Of a stretch of DNA of 64,000 nucleotides, positions 61,800 through 64,000 are shown in pieces; position 1 is the first letter of the stretch, and every line of letters starts with the position of its first letter. The DNA is taken from the NCBI RefSeq assembly GCF_006345805.1, contig NC_043001.1, positions 64,604,001 to 64,668,000 on the forward strand. The letters run 5' to 3'. This DNA is from Octopus sinensis (lineage: Eukaryota). Under the pieces are notes generated by a model. It was not told the origin of the DNA. It made no database searches and saw nothing but the letters and a program-made list of their open reading frames with translations. The position numbers and the translations under genes are program-made.

Positions 61800-63420
61800 C
61801 ATGTTTCATGCCATGTAGCATAGCCATTTGCACACTGGCATCATACAATCTGCTTTTCACTCTGAGGAAGAAGCCCTTTGTTGCCAGCAGAAGTAGGAGC
61901 TCTCCGAACTTAGCCCACCCTTTTCTTATTCTTATAGCTACACTCTCAGAGCATCCATCTCTGCTACTAACTTGGTCACCTAGATAACAGAAACTATCTA
62001 CTACCTCTAATTTATCCTACTGGCAGTTGATGGTGTCTATTTTCTTTACATTTTCAGTTTTTATTGTACCTGTGCATCTTCCACACACAAAAGCTATTAT
62101 CCTTGTTAGCCTTCCTTTGATATTGCTGCACCTCTTGTGTGTCCATAACTTACACTGGGTACATCTTATGGAGTTTCTATCTACACCTTTTCTACAGATT
62201 GAGCAGGGCCAACTACCTGAAGGGATTTGTGATTTGTCTGCCTCTAGTTCTGGTAGTGATTCAACTATAAGAACAAGTTCATCAGCATAGAGGATCTCCC
62301 AGGGGCAGCTTGCCTTGAATTCCTCTGTTATTGCTTAGAGGACTATGATGAACAAGAGGAGGCTGAGGATCGATCCTTGGTGAACACCTACTTGTACCTT
62401 GAATTCTTACTAATAGTGTCCCTGTACATGGCTGGTACATCTCTCACTAACCACTCATCTATCCCTAGTTTCTGCATTGACCATCAGATAAGGGATAGGG
62501 AGACCCTATCAAAGGCTTTCTCCAAATCAACGAAGTCAAAGTATAGAGGTTTATCTTTGACTATGTATTTCTCCTGCAGTTGCCTAACTAGGAATATAAC
62601 ATTAGTGGTGCTTCTCCCTAGCACAAAACCAAATTGCATCTCATCTAGACTAACTAGCTCCCTAATGAGTTGGGTTATGACACTCTCCATAACTTTCATC
62701 GCCTGATCCAACAGTTTGATACCTCTAATTATTTCTATCTAATGCATCACCTTTACCTTTCTATCAGTTGACTATGGTACTGCTACACCAGTCATTGGGT
62801 ATGACTCCTTCATGAACCACCTGATTTACAATACAAGTGACTAGACTGCAAGATATTTTAAGCATCTCAGCAATGATTCCTGATGGACCAGGAGCTTTCC
62901 CTGTTTTCATATCTTTAATTACATTATCTAGCAAAGGACTGTCAATCTGGATAGCTGGTCCCTCAATTGGGTCAGTAATTGGTAGACTCTCCTCCCATTC
63001 ATTCTCCATGTTCAGCAGTCTTTCATAATGGCATTTCCAAACCGCTTTCTTTGCAGAATCATTAAATGCAAATGCACCATCATCCATGCAGACACATTTC
63101 TCTCCTATGACATCACAATATTGTCTTACATACTATCCTGCAATCCAAAACACCTCAAGTCTTTGGTTGCTGAACGTAGGCAAACTTCTTTTCTGCCTCT
63201 CCCCTGACTAGCTATACTTGTTTCCTAGCTTCCCTTCTGGCCAGCTGTTATAGTTCCCTGTTACCCCCACTCTTCCAGGCCTTCCAAGCCTGTTTCTTTG
63301 CTCCAATGGTCTACAGCATCAGTCCACCACCACATCACCTTAGGTTTGGATGTGACATTGCACCAGCTGCTGATTTGCTCTGTGGCACTCAGCAAGCTGT
63401 CACGCAGGAATTCCCACTTG
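61800..63420 (-). mobile_element. Degenerate RTE LINE with intact PHD-finger motif
   Basis: KTGKAPGPSGI, QFGFV.GRSTT, FVDLEKAFDRV, and CSIC..CTQC..HKRC..CGRC. Confidence 0.9.
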
Positions 63421-63479
63421 CCCTCTATATCACAAGTCTAGTTCCTCTTCTCTCATCAAATTTCTCAATTAGGATGTCC

Positions 63480-63718
63480 CTATCTACATATGTGTGTGTG
63501 TTTGTATATTTATATATGTATACATGTGTGTACGTGTGTCTATGTATATGTAAGCATTGATGTGTGGGCATGTATGTGGTGTATGTGTCTCTCTACACAG
63601 GCACATGCATGTATAGGCATACACACAAGGCTGAAAGTATACATAACCACATCCAGTGAGAGCAGACAACTATGCGTGTATGTATAAATATGTAAGTGTT
63701 TGTTGTAGTACTTGTATA

Positions 63719-63763
<45 letters not shown>

Positions 63764-63780
63764 TATATATATACATCTAA
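63480..63780. repeat. TG/TA low-complexity repeat and (TA)n
   Basis: Direct sequence, with partial similarity to 2430-2470. Confidence 0.7.
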
Positions 63781-64000
63781 TGTAGGATAAAATTTTTTCG
63801 AAAAAAAATTTTATCAATGGCCACGTCAAACAGCTGACTGAGTAAAGTTCACTATTCAATGTATGGGATAAGGCCTAAACAAACACATTATCGATTTTTG
63901 CACTTGCAAGATGAATTTCGGAACAGAAATAGCGCAGTTCAATTTTCATTCACCTAAACTTTAAGTGACCCATTTTTGGTGGTTCTATGATTTGTTGGCT

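Noticed and set aside
63786-63815. Near-palindrome GATAAAATTTTTTCG-A8-TTTTATC
   Set aside because: Short, homopolymer-based and imperfect. It is probably part of a repeat cut by the window edge.

Overview
This is an AT-rich, almost entirely repeat-derived animal genomic window. The SINE and LINE families resemble those of coleoid cephalopods (Octopus); this is recognition from memory, not a database result. I found no intact cellular gene, rRNA, true tRNA or CRISPR array, only two isolated candidate exons on the + strand. The window is a nest of: RTE and RTE-X LINE remnants; R4/Dong-type RLE retrotransposons; Penelope-like elements (PLEs: Naiad-type, Neptune-type and a third type); two Ty3/gypsy remnants; one young non-coding LTR element; Tc1/mariner, pogo, Chapaev3-like and piggyBac-MITE DNA transposons; non-autonomous Helitrons; and several tRNA-derived SINE families. 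The most notable signals are: (1) about ten hammerhead-ribozyme (HHR) motifs in PLE-type terminal repeats, including an intact one in both arms of an apparently perfect 395-bp inverted repeat; (2) a palindromic non-coding element joining a tRNA-like Pol III head to an HHR tail, flanked by a 10-bp TSD; (3) a 2.7-kb LTR element with ~99% identical LTRs, a perfect 18-nt tRNA-Trp PBS and no gag/pol; (4) a PHD finger inserted inside the RT domain of the local RTE family; (5) repeated fold-back and template-switch scars. Boundaries of degenerate elements are approximate, and identities were judged by eye.
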